A stretch of DNA of 64,000 nucleotides from Nitrosopumilus sp. (GCA_965223425.1 OZ245003.1:416001-480000), one strand, 5' to 3'. Positions 20,618 to 31,342 are shown, counted from the stretch's first letter. Program-made: numbers and translations. Notes: a model not told the origin generated them from the letters alone.

Positions 20618-22021
20618 TTATTTTGAAAACAAGCTAATTTTTCGCTCAACTAGTTTGCCATGACCAAGTTTTCCAATTACTTCAAAATCATCGGCGACCA
20701 TTTCACCTCGAACTATTGTCTTGACAGGCCAACCCCTGAGATTTCTTCCCTCATAGACAATATAATCAGAAAATCCTCCAAACAGATCAGATGTTGCCTT
20801 TTTTTCTTTTTTCAAGTCTATCATAGTAATGTCTGCATCAGAATTTTTCTCCAGGGTTCCTTTTTGTGGATACATTCCAAATATTTGAGCAGCATTACTG
20901 CTGGTAAATTTCACAAACTGTTCTAGCGTTATTTTATTTTGATTCACGCCATCATTGAGCAATATTGGAATCGCAGTCCCAATTCCCGGAAATCCTGCAA
21001 GTGCTCCCCAGACATCCTCACCGCCTAGCTTGAGTTTGAGTTGATTTGCAACATGATCCGTACCAACAGTATCGATTTGATCTGAAGAAAGTGCATTCCA
21101 AACTGCCTGTCTGTCATTTTCAGTTCTTATTGGAGGCATGACTTTTGCAAGATAGCCTTCCTGTTTCTCATAAGACAGTGCAAGATAGTGAGGACACGTT
21201 TCTACAAAAATTTTTGTCCCAAGTTTCTTCTCCTCTTCAATTTGAGCTAGTGCACGAGCAGAACCAATATGAACAAAGTAAATTACACAATCATAATCTC
21301 GTCCAAACTTTGAAACCGTCTTAATTGCTTTTGTCTCAAATTCAGGTGAACGACTTTCAGACCAAGCAGACAACCCATCTTGTTTTTTTTCTTTAGCAGT
21401 CTTGATTCCACATCCACAGGATTCATAGTCTTCTGCATGGACAAGCACTGGACAGCCAAGATCAGCTGCAGTCTTTACAGTTTGTTCAACTATTTCATCA
21501 GTAACATCAACTTGAGATGCAACAAGTTGGGAAGAATTTGGTGGCATATCCATGTACACATGACCAACTTCACCACCAAGATTCATGTAAATTTTAAAAG
21601 ATGTGATTCCTTTTTCAACACAAAAATCCATCTCATTGATTTGTTGTGGAGTAAAAATAGAAGCATGGATTGCATAATCGACATAGTGGTTCTGTGATGC
21701 CGCATCAAGCTGAGATTGCAGCGAACTAGAGAATGGATCTTCTAGTCTAAGCATTCTCATCATGGTTGTTATTCCGCCAATAGCTGCCGCATGAGATTCA
21801 GTTTTTGCAGCATCATTGATTGGAGAATATACGCCATAGTGAACATGAGTGTCAATTGGACCAGGGACAGAGATCAGTCCATTACCATTAATTTTGCGGT
21901 CACATGCAGGAACATCATTTGTAAATCCGACTATTTTTCCCTCATCAATTAGAATATTCTTGTCTACCATTCCTTGAGCAAGTATAATGTGAGAATCAGT
22001 AATTACGGTATCACAAGTCAT
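20618..22021 (-). CDS. Cyclic amidohydrolase (dihydroorotase/allantoinase/dihydropyrimidinase family)
   Basis: PGPIDTHVH, AAAIGGITT, VHAED, ETCPHY, GTDH. Confidence 0.9.
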   Translation of the reverse strand: MTCDTVITDSHIILAQGMVDKNILIDEGKIVGFTNDVPACDRKINGNGLISVPGPIDTHVHYGVYSPINDAAKTESHAAAIGGITTMMRMLRLEDPFSSSLQSQLDAASQNHYVDYAIHASIFTPQQINEMDFCVEKGITSFKIYMNLGGEVGHVYMDMPPNSSQLVASQVDVTDEIVEQTVKTAADLGCPVLVHAEDYESCGCGIKTAKEKKQDGLSAWSESRSPEFETKAIKTVSKFGRDYDCVIYFVHIGSARALAQIEEEKKLGTKIFVETCPHYLALSYEKQEGYLAKVMPPIRTENDRQAVWNALSSDQIDTVGTDHVANQLKLKLGGEDVWGALAGFPGIGTAIPILLNDGVNQNKITLEQFVKFTSSNAAQIFGMYPQKGTLEKNSDADITMIDLKKEKKATSDLFGGFSDYIVYEGRNLRGWPVKTIVRGEMVADDFEVIGKLGHGKLVERKISLFSK

Positions 22022-22163
22022 CTGAAAATTTTATGTCTAGCAGTCTATTATTCTTTGAGAATTTCATGTTATCCCTATATAGAATATGGGCACGAAATAG
22101 AATTCTATTTCTTATGTAGAAAATAACGGTTGGATTTTAGTAGAAAAAATTTTATGAATTTCA

Positions 22164-22480
22164 ATGACTAGAAAAAACATTCTATTGACGACAACATCGA
22201 GTCTAATTGCAGTATTCTCTGTAGCATTTATTCCAAACCTTGCATTTGCTGAAGAGGAAAAAACAGGCTACAAAATGGCAGATGATGATACTCATGCCAT
22301 ATTTACATTTACATTCAAAGACGGCATATAATTTCATGAATTTCCTGTATTCAATATGGTTGATGATTACATAACAAACTTTGACTCTCCAAGTTTTCTG
22401 TTGAAGGAATGATTGGAGAATGACATCATCTATACAAGAATTAGATGAAGCTTTCAAGTACAAAGCAAATCCAAGTGTAG
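22164..22480 (+). pseudogene. Fragment of an exported protein gene with internal stops
   Basis: Signal peptide MTRKNILL...AFAEEE, then a premature TAA. Coding-like continuation is cut near an IS relic. Confidence 0.45.
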
Positions 22481-22690
22481 TATGTTGAAATTATGTCGCC
22501 TAGTCATCAGTGTCACCTCCATCCATCTCGGGTTGCCTTTCCTGATCGCATCGTAGCCTTTTTGCTGTAAAACGCACCAAACGGCTTTTCGTATAGGTCT
22601 ATATCAAGTGAGAAATGAAGTCTTTTCTCGTTGTAGAGTTTGACGTACTCTGAGAGGCTTTCAAAATGGTATGTCTCCTGCTGCAGTAGA
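22480..22690 (-). mobile_element. IS481-like transposase 3' relic
   Basis: Minus strand reads EYVKLYNEKRLHFSLDI...AFYSKKAT, the YNxxRxHxSL integrase-core end. Confidence 0.55.
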
Positions 22691-22909
22691 CCTGTTTTTT
22701 GCGCACTGTCTTAGTATCTTATTTGATCAGCTGTTAGTCTTTTTACCATTATTTTTTTTTTGGATCGGTAGAGCCAAGTATTCCTTTACAGTACATCGAA
22801 TCTTAGGGCAACCTAATTGTTGTACAATAGACTGAATGGTTCCCAGCTATAGATTTTTGTGAGACTCCTGGAGAAAATGAATAAAAAAGCATGCAAAGAA
22901 GGAATGCAA

Positions 22910-22981
22910 GGGCCGGTGGTTTAGGGGTATAATGCCTCGTTCGCAACGAGGATGTCGAGGGTTCGACTCCCTCCCGGTCCA
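22910..22981 (+). tRNA. tRNA-Ala(CGC)
   Basis: GGGCCGG/CCGGTCC acceptor stem with G3:U70, anticodon arm CCTCG-TTCGCAA-CGAGG, GTTCGACTC T-loop. Confidence 0.93.
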
Positions 22982-23024
22982 CTTTTCCAGAAACCATTAT
23001 ACATAAACAAAAATTACTATCGCC

Positions 23025-23384
23025 ATGGAAGTTTTTGACGGCAAAAAGGCTGCGCAAGAATACATGTCAAAACATACTCTGGCGTTCTCAACTCCAGAAC
23101 TAACTTTAATGAGATTTGCATTTTGGCTAGGTGATTCTGTTCCAGATCCAAATAATGATGGAAAGGGAATTCCAAGGATGATGACCTTTTTGACAGAGCA
23201 AGACTTTGAACCAGTGTTAATTGATGATGATAAATATGAACCATCTGGTGCAGTTAGAAGCTCTGCAAATGTTGGAAATGCATACAATGAAGTAAAGGCA
23301 GATGGAAAGTTTTGCTCAGAATGCGGGACTAGTCTTTCTACAACTGCAAAATTCTGTCCTGAATGCGGTACAACACAAGAATAA
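23025..23384 (+). CDS. Zinc-ribbon domain protein
   Basis: C-terminal FCSECG...AKFCPECG. Confidence 0.85.
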   Translation: MEVFDGKKAAQEYMSKHTLAFSTPELTLMRFAFWLGDSVPDPNNDGKGIPRMMTFLTEQDFEPVLIDDDKYEPSGAVRSSANVGNAYNEVKADGKFCSECGTSLSTTAKFCPECGTTQE

Positions 23385-23402
23385 GAAAGTAGTTTTTTAG
23401 TT

Positions 23403-23945
23403 TTATGCTTTAGTTCCACACTTTGTGCAAAACTTTGCATTTGGTCTTAGTTCTGCACCACATGAAGAACACCCATTTCCACTTGGTTGTGTAACAGTTC
23501 TTCTTGGCATCAAAGCTGGATCTGGTGATGGTAAAGTTCCAACATCATCAAATGCTTCTTGTGCAGAAACAATTCCTGGCGGACCTGCTCCACCAACTGG
23601 ATTTTCTGCAGTTCCGGATCTTGGCGGCATTCCACCGGGCATACCTCCTGCCATCATTCCAGGATTTCCCATACCTGGCATTAAACCAGGAGATTGTGTG
23701 TTGCCAGTTCCAGTACCTAATGATTTTCTCATTTCAAAGATTACTTTGATTGCTAAAAATTCTAGTGCAGAATATGCAACAGTATAATCACCTAATTTTT
23801 GAAAGAACTCTTTGTCACTTAGCTGGCCCTTCTTGTACATGTTGTTAGTATCTAGAAATGATTCATAGTATCCTTGAGATTCATCAAACAAGCTTTGTAG
23901 TTTGTCAAATAACATGTTTAATGTATCTACTTCACCAAATGACAT
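23403..23945 (-). CDS. Zinc-ribbon domain protein with Gly/Pro/Met-rich linker
   Basis: C-terminal CSSCG...AKFCTKCG. Confidence 0.85.
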   Translation of the reverse strand: MSFGEVDTLNMLFDKLQSLFDESQGYYESFLDTNNMYKKGQLSDKEFFQKLGDYTVAYSALEFLAIKVIFEMRKSLGTGTGNTQSPGLMPGMGNPGMMAGGMPGGMPPRSGTAENPVGGAGPPGIVSAQEAFDDVGTLPSPDPALMPRRTVTQPSGNGCSSCGAELRPNAKFCTKCGTKA

Positions 23946-23992
23946 GGTCTATCTTTATTTTTGGAATATTAATTACTTTAGGATAGGTTGAG

Positions 23993-24337
23993 CTAATTTT
24001 GTCTGTGATTTTGAAAACATTCGTTACAATAGACAGGTCTGTCTTCTTTTGGCTTGAATGGAATCTGACAATCGTTTCCACAATCGCCACATTTTGCATC
24101 AAACATTTCTCGTGGTCTGTCATTTCTTCTGCTAAATCTTGAGTCTGTGTCATTTCTACGGTAACCTCCAGAGCGTCCGCCAAATCTACCACCACTTCTT
24201 GGTGCTGGTTTGTGATTTTGAAAACATTCGTTACAATAGACAGGTCTGTCTTCTTTTGGCTTGAATGGAATTTGACAATCGTTTCCACAATCGCCACATT
24301 TTGCATCAAACATCTCTCTTTCTCGCTCAAATGACAT
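23993..24337 (-). CDS. Tandem CxxC-x17-CxxC domain protein
   Basis: Two identical REMFDAKCGDCGNDCQIPFKPKEDRPVYCNECF units around an RG-rich linker. Confidence 0.88.
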   Translation of the reverse strand: MSFEREREMFDAKCGDCGNDCQIPFKPKEDRPVYCNECFQNHKPAPRSGGRFGGRSGGYRRNDTDSRFSRRNDRPREMFDAKCGDCGNDCQIPFKPKEDRPVYCNECFQNHRQN

Positions 24338-24429
24338 ATCTATCTAAAATTGGTGAATTTGTGCTGTAATTAAACCATTGGAACAGTTGTTTTAAGAAAA
24401 CAAAAAGAAGAAAAACGTATTTTTGGAAT

Positions 24430-24756
24430 CTATGCTAGTGCTCTATCAATCATACTCTTGTATGATTCTTTAGAAGCGGCACCTACTTGTTGGCTAACTA
24501 TTTCACCTTTGTTAAGAATTATCAAGGTTGGGATACTAAAGACATTATATTTCGATGCCAGTTCATTTGCCTCATCGACATTAACCTTGACAAATTTTAC
24601 TTTGCCATCATAGTCATTTGCCAGTTCTTCAACTACTGGACTTACCATTCTACATGGACCACACCATTCGGCCCAAAAGTCTACAAATACAGGAATGTCA
24701 GAGTTTATCACATCGACTTCCCAAGACCTTGCATCTGAAACTTGTGTAATTCCCAT
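24430..24756 (-). CDS. trxA: Thioredoxin
   Basis: DFWAEWCGPCR. Confidence 0.94.
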   Translation of the reverse strand: MGITQVSDARSWEVDVINSDIPVFVDFWAEWCGPCRMVSPVVEELANDYDGKVKFVKVNVDEANELASKYNVFSIPTLIILNKGEIVSQQVGAASKESYKSMIDRALA

Positions 24757-24872
24757 TGTACTACTGTTTTGTTGACCGTACCTAAAAACGTTCACCAGAA
24801 TTATCGCCATATTTTTTGTGGTAAGATCAATTTTTGATATATACTTAAATGACGTTTTGATAAAACTCAGAT

Positions 24873-25598
24873 ATGAGTTCAGAGTTTAGACTTAAAAAAT
24901 TAAGAGGTTCTGGCGGTTATGTTATGGCTAATGTTTCTGATGAACAACAAATGAAAGGCAATCTAGGCGGTCCTGATCTATTTTTGGCACCAATTGGCAG
25001 ATTAGATACAGAAAAAATCTCCAAACACTTTTGCAATACATGTGAAAAAGAATTTGAAGGTCCTCCAAAATTAGATTTTGAGAATCCTAATGAAGAAGTT
25101 GCAGAAAACCTAATTCTTGCAGAAAGAGGGCAATACATGTGCAATTCATGTAATTCTACAATTGCAGAGTACAGGGAATTCAAAAAGCAAGATGAGGCAG
25201 GAGAAATTGGAAATGCCAGACCAGAGCAACCAGCAGTTGAAAACACGCCACAGCAAGTTGTAGAACCTGCAACACAAACTACTCAGGAAGCAGTTACACA
25301 ACCAGATCCTGCAACATCGGTGAATTCAATTGAAGGAAGAATTGTAATTGATGAAAACGCCAACAGAGTTGGAGTTGCAAAACAAGTGGGGGTTGATTCC
25401 ACACAATCAATGGTTTTAGTCATCACTAAAAATGACGGAACAGAAGGTAGTATTCCATGGAGTAACATCAAAAAAGTTGGAGAAATGATTCTCTTGGGAA
25501 CTCCAGATGATGCTAGTCAACTAGGTAAATGTTCTAATTGTGGATTTGGAAATAAAGATGGTTCTAAATTCTGCGAAGAGTGTGGAACTAAGCTCTAA
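24873..25598 (+). CDS. Zinc-finger + PRC-barrel + zinc-ribbon protein
   Basis: CNTC/CNSC pair, IEGRIVIDENANRVG...IPWSNIKKVGEMILL, CSNCG...FCEECG. Confidence 0.8.
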   Translation: MSSEFRLKKLRGSGGYVMANVSDEQQMKGNLGGPDLFLAPIGRLDTEKISKHFCNTCEKEFEGPPKLDFENPNEEVAENLILAERGQYMCNSCNSTIAEYREFKKQDEAGEIGNARPEQPAVENTPQQVVEPATQTTQEAVTQPDPATSVNSIEGRIVIDENANRVGVAKQVGVDSTQSMVLVITKNDGTEGSIPWSNIKKVGEMILLGTPDDASQLGKCSNCGFGNKDGSKFCEECGTKL

Positions 25599-25639
25599 TA
25601 GCTAACAAATTTAATCAATGAATATAGGCAATGATGTAA

Positions 25640-26413
25640 TTGGCAAAAAGATCTATCTCAAAGGGAGTCATTAAAGACATCATTATAGTTGGAATAGGAG
25701 TTTTAGTAATTTGGTTGGGTCTACAAGTAGCATTTGGAACACAGAATCCATTTTATGTAGTCGCAAGTGGAAGTATGATTCCGGTTTTAGAGATTTATGA
25801 TGTAATAATTGTTCAAGGACACGAGCCTTTTGAAAATATTGACGTTGGGGATATTGTTGTATTTAATCGACCTTCAGATCATGACAGGGTAATAGTGCAC
25901 AGAGTAGTTTCGATAATTAATGATGAACCAAAAGAGATTAGAACAAAAGGAGATGCAAACTCAGCATCAATTCCTGGAACTGACTTTCCAATTACTGAAG
26001 AAGAGTACATAGGAAAAGTAGCTTACACATTACCCCAAGTAGGGTATGTCACACAATTAATAAAACCACCAATAAACTATATCATAATTGCAATTGTCAT
26101 AGGAGTTATGATTGTAAAGCAGATGTCAAAGAGGAAAAAAGGAAAACAATTCACATTATCAAATCTATTAGAGACAGATAAAGAAGATTCTGATAAACTA
26201 CCAGATGTTGACAAGATAGAAAAAGATTCAGAATATTCTGAGCACATAGATAAATCTGAAGTTGTCGAAGAGGAAAAATCAGACTTGGATGAAGCAGAAA
26301 AATCAGACTTGGATGAAGCAGAAAAATCAGACTTGGATGAAGCAGAAAAATCAGACTTGGATGAAGCAGAAAAATCAGACTTGGATACATCTGAGAAAGA
26401 AAAGAAAGAATAA
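25640..26413 (+). CDS. Signal peptidase I (archaeal Sec11 type) with acidic repeat tail
   Basis: VVASGSMIP, IVHRV, TKGDAN motifs. Confidence 0.93.
   Translation: MAKRSISKGVIKDIIIVGIGVLVIWLGLQVAFGTQNPFYVVASGSMIPVLEIYDVIIVQGHEPFENIDVGDIVVFNRPSDHDRVIVHRVVSIINDEPKEIRTKGDANSASIPGTDFPITEEEYIGKVAYTLPQVGYVTQLIKPPINYIIIAIVIGVMIVKQMSKRKKGKQFTLSNLLETDKEDSDKLPDVDKIEKDSEYSEHIDKSEVVEEEKSDLDEAEKSDLDEAEKSDLDEAEKSDLDEAEKSDLDTSEKEKKE
26273..26386 (+). repeat. 24-bp perfect tandem repeat (GAAAAATCAGACTTGGATGAAGCA) x4.75 encoding EKSDLDEA
   Basis: Directly visible. Confidence 0.95.
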
Positions 26414-26761
26414 TTCCGCTAAAATTCAGGCAAACAGGTTCACATTATGCATAGATGAAGGCATTAGATCGTCCTGTTTGCTTGGTGATACAATTACGTC
26501 AAATTTACTAAAAAGGGATCCTGAGAAATCGTCAGTTTCAAGAGTAGAATCATTTATGAATGTGTAGTTTTACGAAAAGAAAAAAAGAACCAGGCGTTTT
26601 GAACTATCTCTACATGGTCCAGTGTTGTACCACCGGTCAAATCACATTCAGGAGCAAATGACTCCCTCTCAGTAATCTTTCTGTCTCCATTTCCGTTGTT
26701 CTCAGTAGAAAGTTCGAGTTTGATCCAATCCATTAAAAATGGATTACTAGTTAGATTCAGA

Positions 26762-28294
26762 TTATAAAACAGAATCTTTTGTTTTGAACACTCGTTTAAA
26801 ATAGTCAGAAGGTTCTGATGGGTCTTCAATATCATTTGTAATGCCAGCTAGTTTTTTTGCCAAATTCTTTTTGTAGCCTACTTGCATCTGCCTTTGAATC
26901 TGGATTCTTTGGGCTTGTGGAGAACCTGCACCATGCATAGATTCTGTAAGATAACCAACTGCGTTTCTACCAAGCGTCATGTTTTCAATTAGTCTCAATA
27001 CTCGCATTCTGTTTTCAACATCGACACCCTTTCTTCCTTTAAGGAATTTTTTGAGTAATGGACCAGCTTCTGGATGTCTAAAGTCTTTTTCAGATGGAAG
27101 AGTTACTACCAATCCGCCCGCGATGTCTTGCGCAAGTCTGGCAATCTCATATGGCAACCGAGTAACATTATGTTTACAAACTTGTGCAAGCATATCTTCG
27201 TTCAAATACACGCCAGATTTCATTTTATGTCCTTGGTGTGAAGATGCAATTCCTGCAGCAAATATTGTTTCATTAAGATGAGTCATCTCGATAATTTTGT
27301 CTTTGATGTGAGATACTTTGGGTACTCCATTATAGTCAGCAATTGTTGCAGCAGCTCCAATTAGAACATCACCAAGTCCTGTTTTGCACACATAGCTACG
27401 TCTGTGATAACAAGTGAATCTCTCTATAAGCATGGATGCGAATTCATATTCTCCATGCATGAAAACTTTGTCCCATGGAATAAACACCCTGTCTAAAACC
27501 ATCAAGGCTTCTTGCCCACCATACTTTGCATTACCAGCATCAATGTCACCTTCTTCCATGCTTCTAGTGTCACATGATTGTCTACCATAGATGTAAGTCA
27601 CTCCTTTTGCATCTGCTGGAATGGCACCAACAACTGCCCAATCTTTGTCATTTTCAGTCAGTCTGACTGTCGGCATTAAGATTATCCAGTGTGAGTTGAT
27701 ACATCCGGTTTGGTGCGCTTTAGCACCAGACACATAGATTCCTTTTTCGTCTTCTTCTACTATTCTTGTAAATAAATCGGGATCGTCTTGTTCTGCTGGT
27801 CCTTTGCTTCTATCGCCTTTAGGATCAGTCATTGCACCACCAATTACAAGATTTTCTTGCTGCACCATCTTTACAAATTCTAAGAATCGCTTATGATAGT
27901 CAGTTCCGTGTTTTTCATCCATTTCAAAAGTTGTAGAATGCAAAGAATTCAGCGCATCCATACCAACACATCTTTGAAAACATGTTCCAGTGTTCTGTCC
28001 TAGTGTTCTTTGCATTTTATTTTGTAAAACTAAATCTTCTGCACTTTCTGCAATATGTAAAAATCGATTAACTCTCAATCCTGTAATTGATGAATCAGCT
28101 GATGCAAGTGCCTCTTCGCGCACTGCCAAGTCATAAGTTTCTGCAACTGCATTAATTGACGGTTTAATCATCGGATGATCGACTGGTTCCTTTACTAATT
28201 CTCCAAATAGGTAAATTTTGAGATCTCTGTCTCTGAGACTTTCAATGTAGTCATCGCCTGTTCTAATTGTCTTTAAGACATTAGCCATGTACAA
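26762..28294 (-). CDS. hcd: 4-hydroxybutyryl-CoA dehydratase (3HP/4HB carbon fixation cycle)
   Basis: GTCFQRCVGMD, AMTDPKGDRS, HRRSYVCK, ESMHGAGSPQAQ. Confidence 0.95.
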   Translation of the reverse strand: MYMANVLKTIRTGDDYIESLRDRDLKIYLFGELVKEPVDHPMIKPSINAVAETYDLAVREEALASADSSITGLRVNRFLHIAESAEDLVLQNKMQRTLGQNTGTCFQRCVGMDALNSLHSTTFEMDEKHGTDYHKRFLEFVKMVQQENLVIGGAMTDPKGDRSKGPAEQDDPDLFTRIVEEDEKGIYVSGAKAHQTGCINSHWIILMPTVRLTENDKDWAVVGAIPADAKGVTYIYGRQSCDTRSMEEGDIDAGNAKYGGQEALMVLDRVFIPWDKVFMHGEYEFASMLIERFTCYHRRSYVCKTGLGDVLIGAAATIADYNGVPKVSHIKDKIIEMTHLNETIFAAGIASSHQGHKMKSGVYLNEDMLAQVCKHNVTRLPYEIARLAQDIAGGLVVTLPSEKDFRHPEAGPLLKKFLKGRKGVDVENRMRVLRLIENMTLGRNAVGYLTESMHGAGSPQAQRIQIQRQMQVGYKKNLAKKLAGITNDIEDPSEPSDYFKRVFKTKDSVL

Positions 28295-28358
28295 TAATCA
28301 TTTTCATGTTGTATAAATATTCTAAATAGGCACAGCTAAGTTTAGGAATAAATTGCGA

Positions 28359-30455
28359 TCAAAGACCTATACGAACATCTAGAATGCGACAACCTTTTCC
28401 TTTTTCCATTACTAAAACAGGATTCATATCCAGTTCTTTGATTTCTCCAAAGTCAGACACCAGTTGAGATAATCTCTGAATACATTCAGAGAGTTTTGTA
28501 GTATCAGAGGGTTTTTCGCCTCTTACACCTTGAAGCAGTTTTTGTGTTTTAATTGAGGCAATCATATCATCGGCCTCTCTATCAGTCACTGGAGCGAGTT
28601 TGAATGTAACATCCTTAAGAACTTCTACATAAATTCCACCCATTCCAAGCATGATTACTGAACCAAATCCCGGCTCAAGTTTTGAACCAATGATTAATTC
28701 TTTGCCGCCTTTTACCATCTCTACAATCAAGACGCCTTTGATCTCGGCTTTTTTGTTGTATTTTTTGGCATTTCTGATAATTGTTTTGAATGCAGTTTTA
28801 ATTTCAGAATCATTTGTCAAATTTACTTTGACGCCACCTGCATCTGATTTGTGAATTATTTGAGGCGATACAATCTTCATTACGACTGGATAACCAATAT
28901 TTTTTGCAATTTTCACTGCTTCTGCCTCATTTTTTGCAAGGGCACTTGAAGGAAGCGGTAAGCCATATGCTTTAAGAACTTCTTGTCCCTCTTCTTCTAA
29001 AAGATTTGGTCTTTTCTCTTTTTTTGCCTTGTCAAAGATTTGTTTTGCTTTTGTTTTATTTACTTTGAATTTAGCAATTTTTCCAGTTGGAGCTTTGATC
29101 CAATTAGAAAATCTAATCATTGCTGCCAGAGTTCTAATTGCACCTTCTGCATATGTATAATATGGAACGTTTCCATCAGCTAAAATTTCTCTATTAGTTA
29201 TTCCTTCATCTAATCCCATCAAACTTGCAAGCATTGTCTTTTTGTATTTCTTTGACATCTCAACAATAACCTCTGCTAGTTTATCATAATCTAGAGTTCC
29301 TGAAGGAGTACACATTGAGATAACAGAACCAACTTTTGGATGTTTGAGTACACGATCTAAAACATTATGAAATCGACTAAAATCAGCATCACCTACAATA
29401 TCAACAGGGTTTCTAGAGCTTCCCCAAGGCGGAATTACCTCATCAATCTTTTTTCTAACACTTGTAATGTCTGCCATCTTGATTTTGGCTTTAGCACAAG
29501 CATCAGTTGAGATAATGGCAGGGCCGCCTGCATTTGAAACAATTACGAGATCACCACCTGATGGAAGTGGTTGCTTAGAAAATGCCGTTGCATAATCAAA
29601 GAGTTCTTCCATGGTATCAACTCTAATTGCACCTGACTGCTTTAGTAAGGCATCATAGATTTCATCTGAACCCATTAAAGCTCCCGTATGTGACATTGCA
29701 GCTTTTGCACCTTCAGGACTTCGTCCGGATTTTAGAACAAGAACAGGTTTTTTGAGTTTTTTAGTAATGTTTTTACAAACTTTGAGAAACTCTTGGCCAT
29801 CACCCATGTCTTCAAGATACATTACAATAACTTCGGTTTGCTTATGGTTTGCAAGAATTTTTAGAACATCAACTTCGCTCATTGCAGCTTTGTTTCCAAG
29901 ACTCACTACCGCTGAGAAACCTATTCCTTGAGCACTAGCATCTTCAACTAACGCAGCACATATGGCGCCGCTCTGGGATACGAGTGCAATTTTTCCAGAT
30001 TTTGGTGTAATTTTTAAAAATGTAGAATTCATCATTGTCTTTGGATCAAGGTTCATGACGCCAAGACAGTTTGGTCCAATTACTTGTATTTTGTATTTTT
30101 TAGCTATGTCCCTAAGTTCTTGTTCACGTTTTGCACCTTCCTCATCTACCTCTTTAAAACCAGCAGTAATGATAATGACGCCTTTGATTTTTTTCTTGCC
30201 ACATTCTTCTAATACTGATGCAACCAATGTATTTTTGATAACAATAACTGCAAGATCTATTGGTTTTGGGACATCTAAAACACTCTTGTATGCTTTTTTG
30301 TAAAAGACAGTATCCCTTGATGGACTAATTGGATAAACAGTTCCCTTGAAACCATTCATAATATTTGATGTGATGGTAGCACCAACACTTCCTATCTTAT
30401 TGGATGCACCAATAACTGCAATTGATTTTGGGGATAAAACGACAGATTCTGTCAT
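28359..30455 (-). CDS. ADP-forming acyl-CoA ligase, probably 4-hydroxybutyrate-CoA ligase
   Basis: GPNCLG, SQSGA, AAMSHTGAL, NPVD, HKSDAGGV ATP-grasp. Adjacent to hcd. Confidence 0.88.
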   Translation of the reverse strand: MTESVVLSPKSIAVIGASNKIGSVGATITSNIMNGFKGTVYPISPSRDTVFYKKAYKSVLDVPKPIDLAVIVIKNTLVASVLEECGKKKIKGVIIITAGFKEVDEEGAKREQELRDIAKKYKIQVIGPNCLGVMNLDPKTMMNSTFLKITPKSGKIALVSQSGAICAALVEDASAQGIGFSAVVSLGNKAAMSEVDVLKILANHKQTEVIVMYLEDMGDGQEFLKVCKNITKKLKKPVLVLKSGRSPEGAKAAMSHTGALMGSDEIYDALLKQSGAIRVDTMEELFDYATAFSKQPLPSGGDLVIVSNAGGPAIISTDACAKAKIKMADITSVRKKIDEVIPPWGSSRNPVDIVGDADFSRFHNVLDRVLKHPKVGSVISMCTPSGTLDYDKLAEVIVEMSKKYKKTMLASLMGLDEGITNREILADGNVPYYTYAEGAIRTLAAMIRFSNWIKAPTGKIAKFKVNKTKAKQIFDKAKKEKRPNLLEEEGQEVLKAYGLPLPSSALAKNEAEAVKIAKNIGYPVVMKIVSPQIIHKSDAGGVKVNLTNDSEIKTAFKTIIRNAKKYNKKAEIKGVLIVEMVKGGKELIIGSKLEPGFGSVIMLGMGGIYVEVLKDVTFKLAPVTDREADDMIASIKTQKLLQGVRGEKPSDTTKLSECIQRLSQLVSDFGEIKELDMNPVLVMEKGKGCRILDVRIGL

Positions 30456-30517
30456 GTAAGTTGAATCTAAGGATTTTGTATAATAAAGTTATTCATAGAA
30501 ATTTCTGATCTCGAATT

Positions 30518-30874
30518 TTAGCTTCCCAGCATTTTTCCTGCTAAATTTTCATTTCTAGGAATCCATACAATTGAAAGACTAGAGAATTTTCCCATAATGC
30601 TCCAATCTTCTCGTGCCAGACTCCGAAGTTGTTCATTATTGATTGCAAATTCATGATTTAGCTGGTTGACAGTATTTTTGGAATCACTGTAGATTGTAAT
30701 CTCTTCTTTTGAATTGGCATGCTTGTTTAATGCAGAAATTATTGCCAAGTATTCTGCTTGATTGTTGGTTATGTCTGGCTTTTTCTCATAAAATGACTCT
30801 CCTGTCTCTTTTACAAAGAATCCGTAACCACTGTTATCCCCTCCAGAACCATCGACATAAACACTAATTCCCAT
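30518..30874 (-). CDS. rnhA: Ribonuclease HI-like protein
   Basis: YVDGS, TNNQAEYLA, IYSDS, WIPRNEN. Confidence 0.88.
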   Translation of the reverse strand: MGISVYVDGSGGDNSGYGFFVKETGESFYEKKPDITNNQAEYLAIISALNKHANSKEEITIYSDSKNTVNQLNHEFAINNEQLRSLAREDWSIMGKFSSLSIVWIPRNENLAGKMLGS

Positions 30875-31307
30875 CTTTATACAACCTGGTTATCTTTACA
30901 CTTAGATTTAGTATTATCATGTAAATAACTGTGGACATAGCCTGTGATGCGACTGATGCTAGGTATGGATCATAGTTGATTGTTAGAAAATAGTACTGCA
31001 AACCCCATCTAACGACGGTATAAACAATCTCAGCAACTCCAAGCGAAGTAATTAATTTTTTTAGATCATGTTTTAGTTTTTGAGTGTCAGTGCCCCCTGA
31101 TTCTGTACGATATTTTTTTCTATTGTCAAGATAAAATAAGAAACTAAAGACTAAAAAATAAACAACATAATCTGCAATTGTAGTGTAAGTTGTATTTAGA
31201 TAATCTGCTTGTTCAGAAAGCAGCTGAGCAATTATTGCGGAAATAATAATTGATGCTGCAAGTGCAATTAGGACATTTTTGTTTAATTTGAAATATTCAT
31301 GTAACAC
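30864..31307 (-). CDS. Small multi-pass membrane protein (GtrA-like)
   Basis: Four hydrophobic segments. Confidence 0.65.
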   Translation of the reverse strand: MLHEYFKLNKNVLIALAASIIISAIIAQLLSEQADYLNTTYTTIADYVVYFLVFSFLFYLDNRKKYRTESGGTDTQKLKHDLKKLITSLGVAEIVYTVVRWGLQYYFLTINYDPYLASVASQAMSTVIYMIILNLSVKITRLYKDGN

Positions 31308-31342
31308 AGTTTTGATTATTTTTTGTTACAATTAAACTAAGA

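Noticed and set aside
23932-24330. 132-aa alternative ORF with internal repeat
   Set aside because: Alternate frame of the CxxC-x17-CxxC gene, which has the recognisable motif.
26273-26386. 24-bp repeats as a possible CRISPR
   Set aside because: Head-to-tail coding repeat without spacers.
26762-30455. 3HP/4HB cycle genes as a novelty
   Set aside because: Well-known core pair in ammonia-oxidising archaea. Useful only for taxonomic placement.
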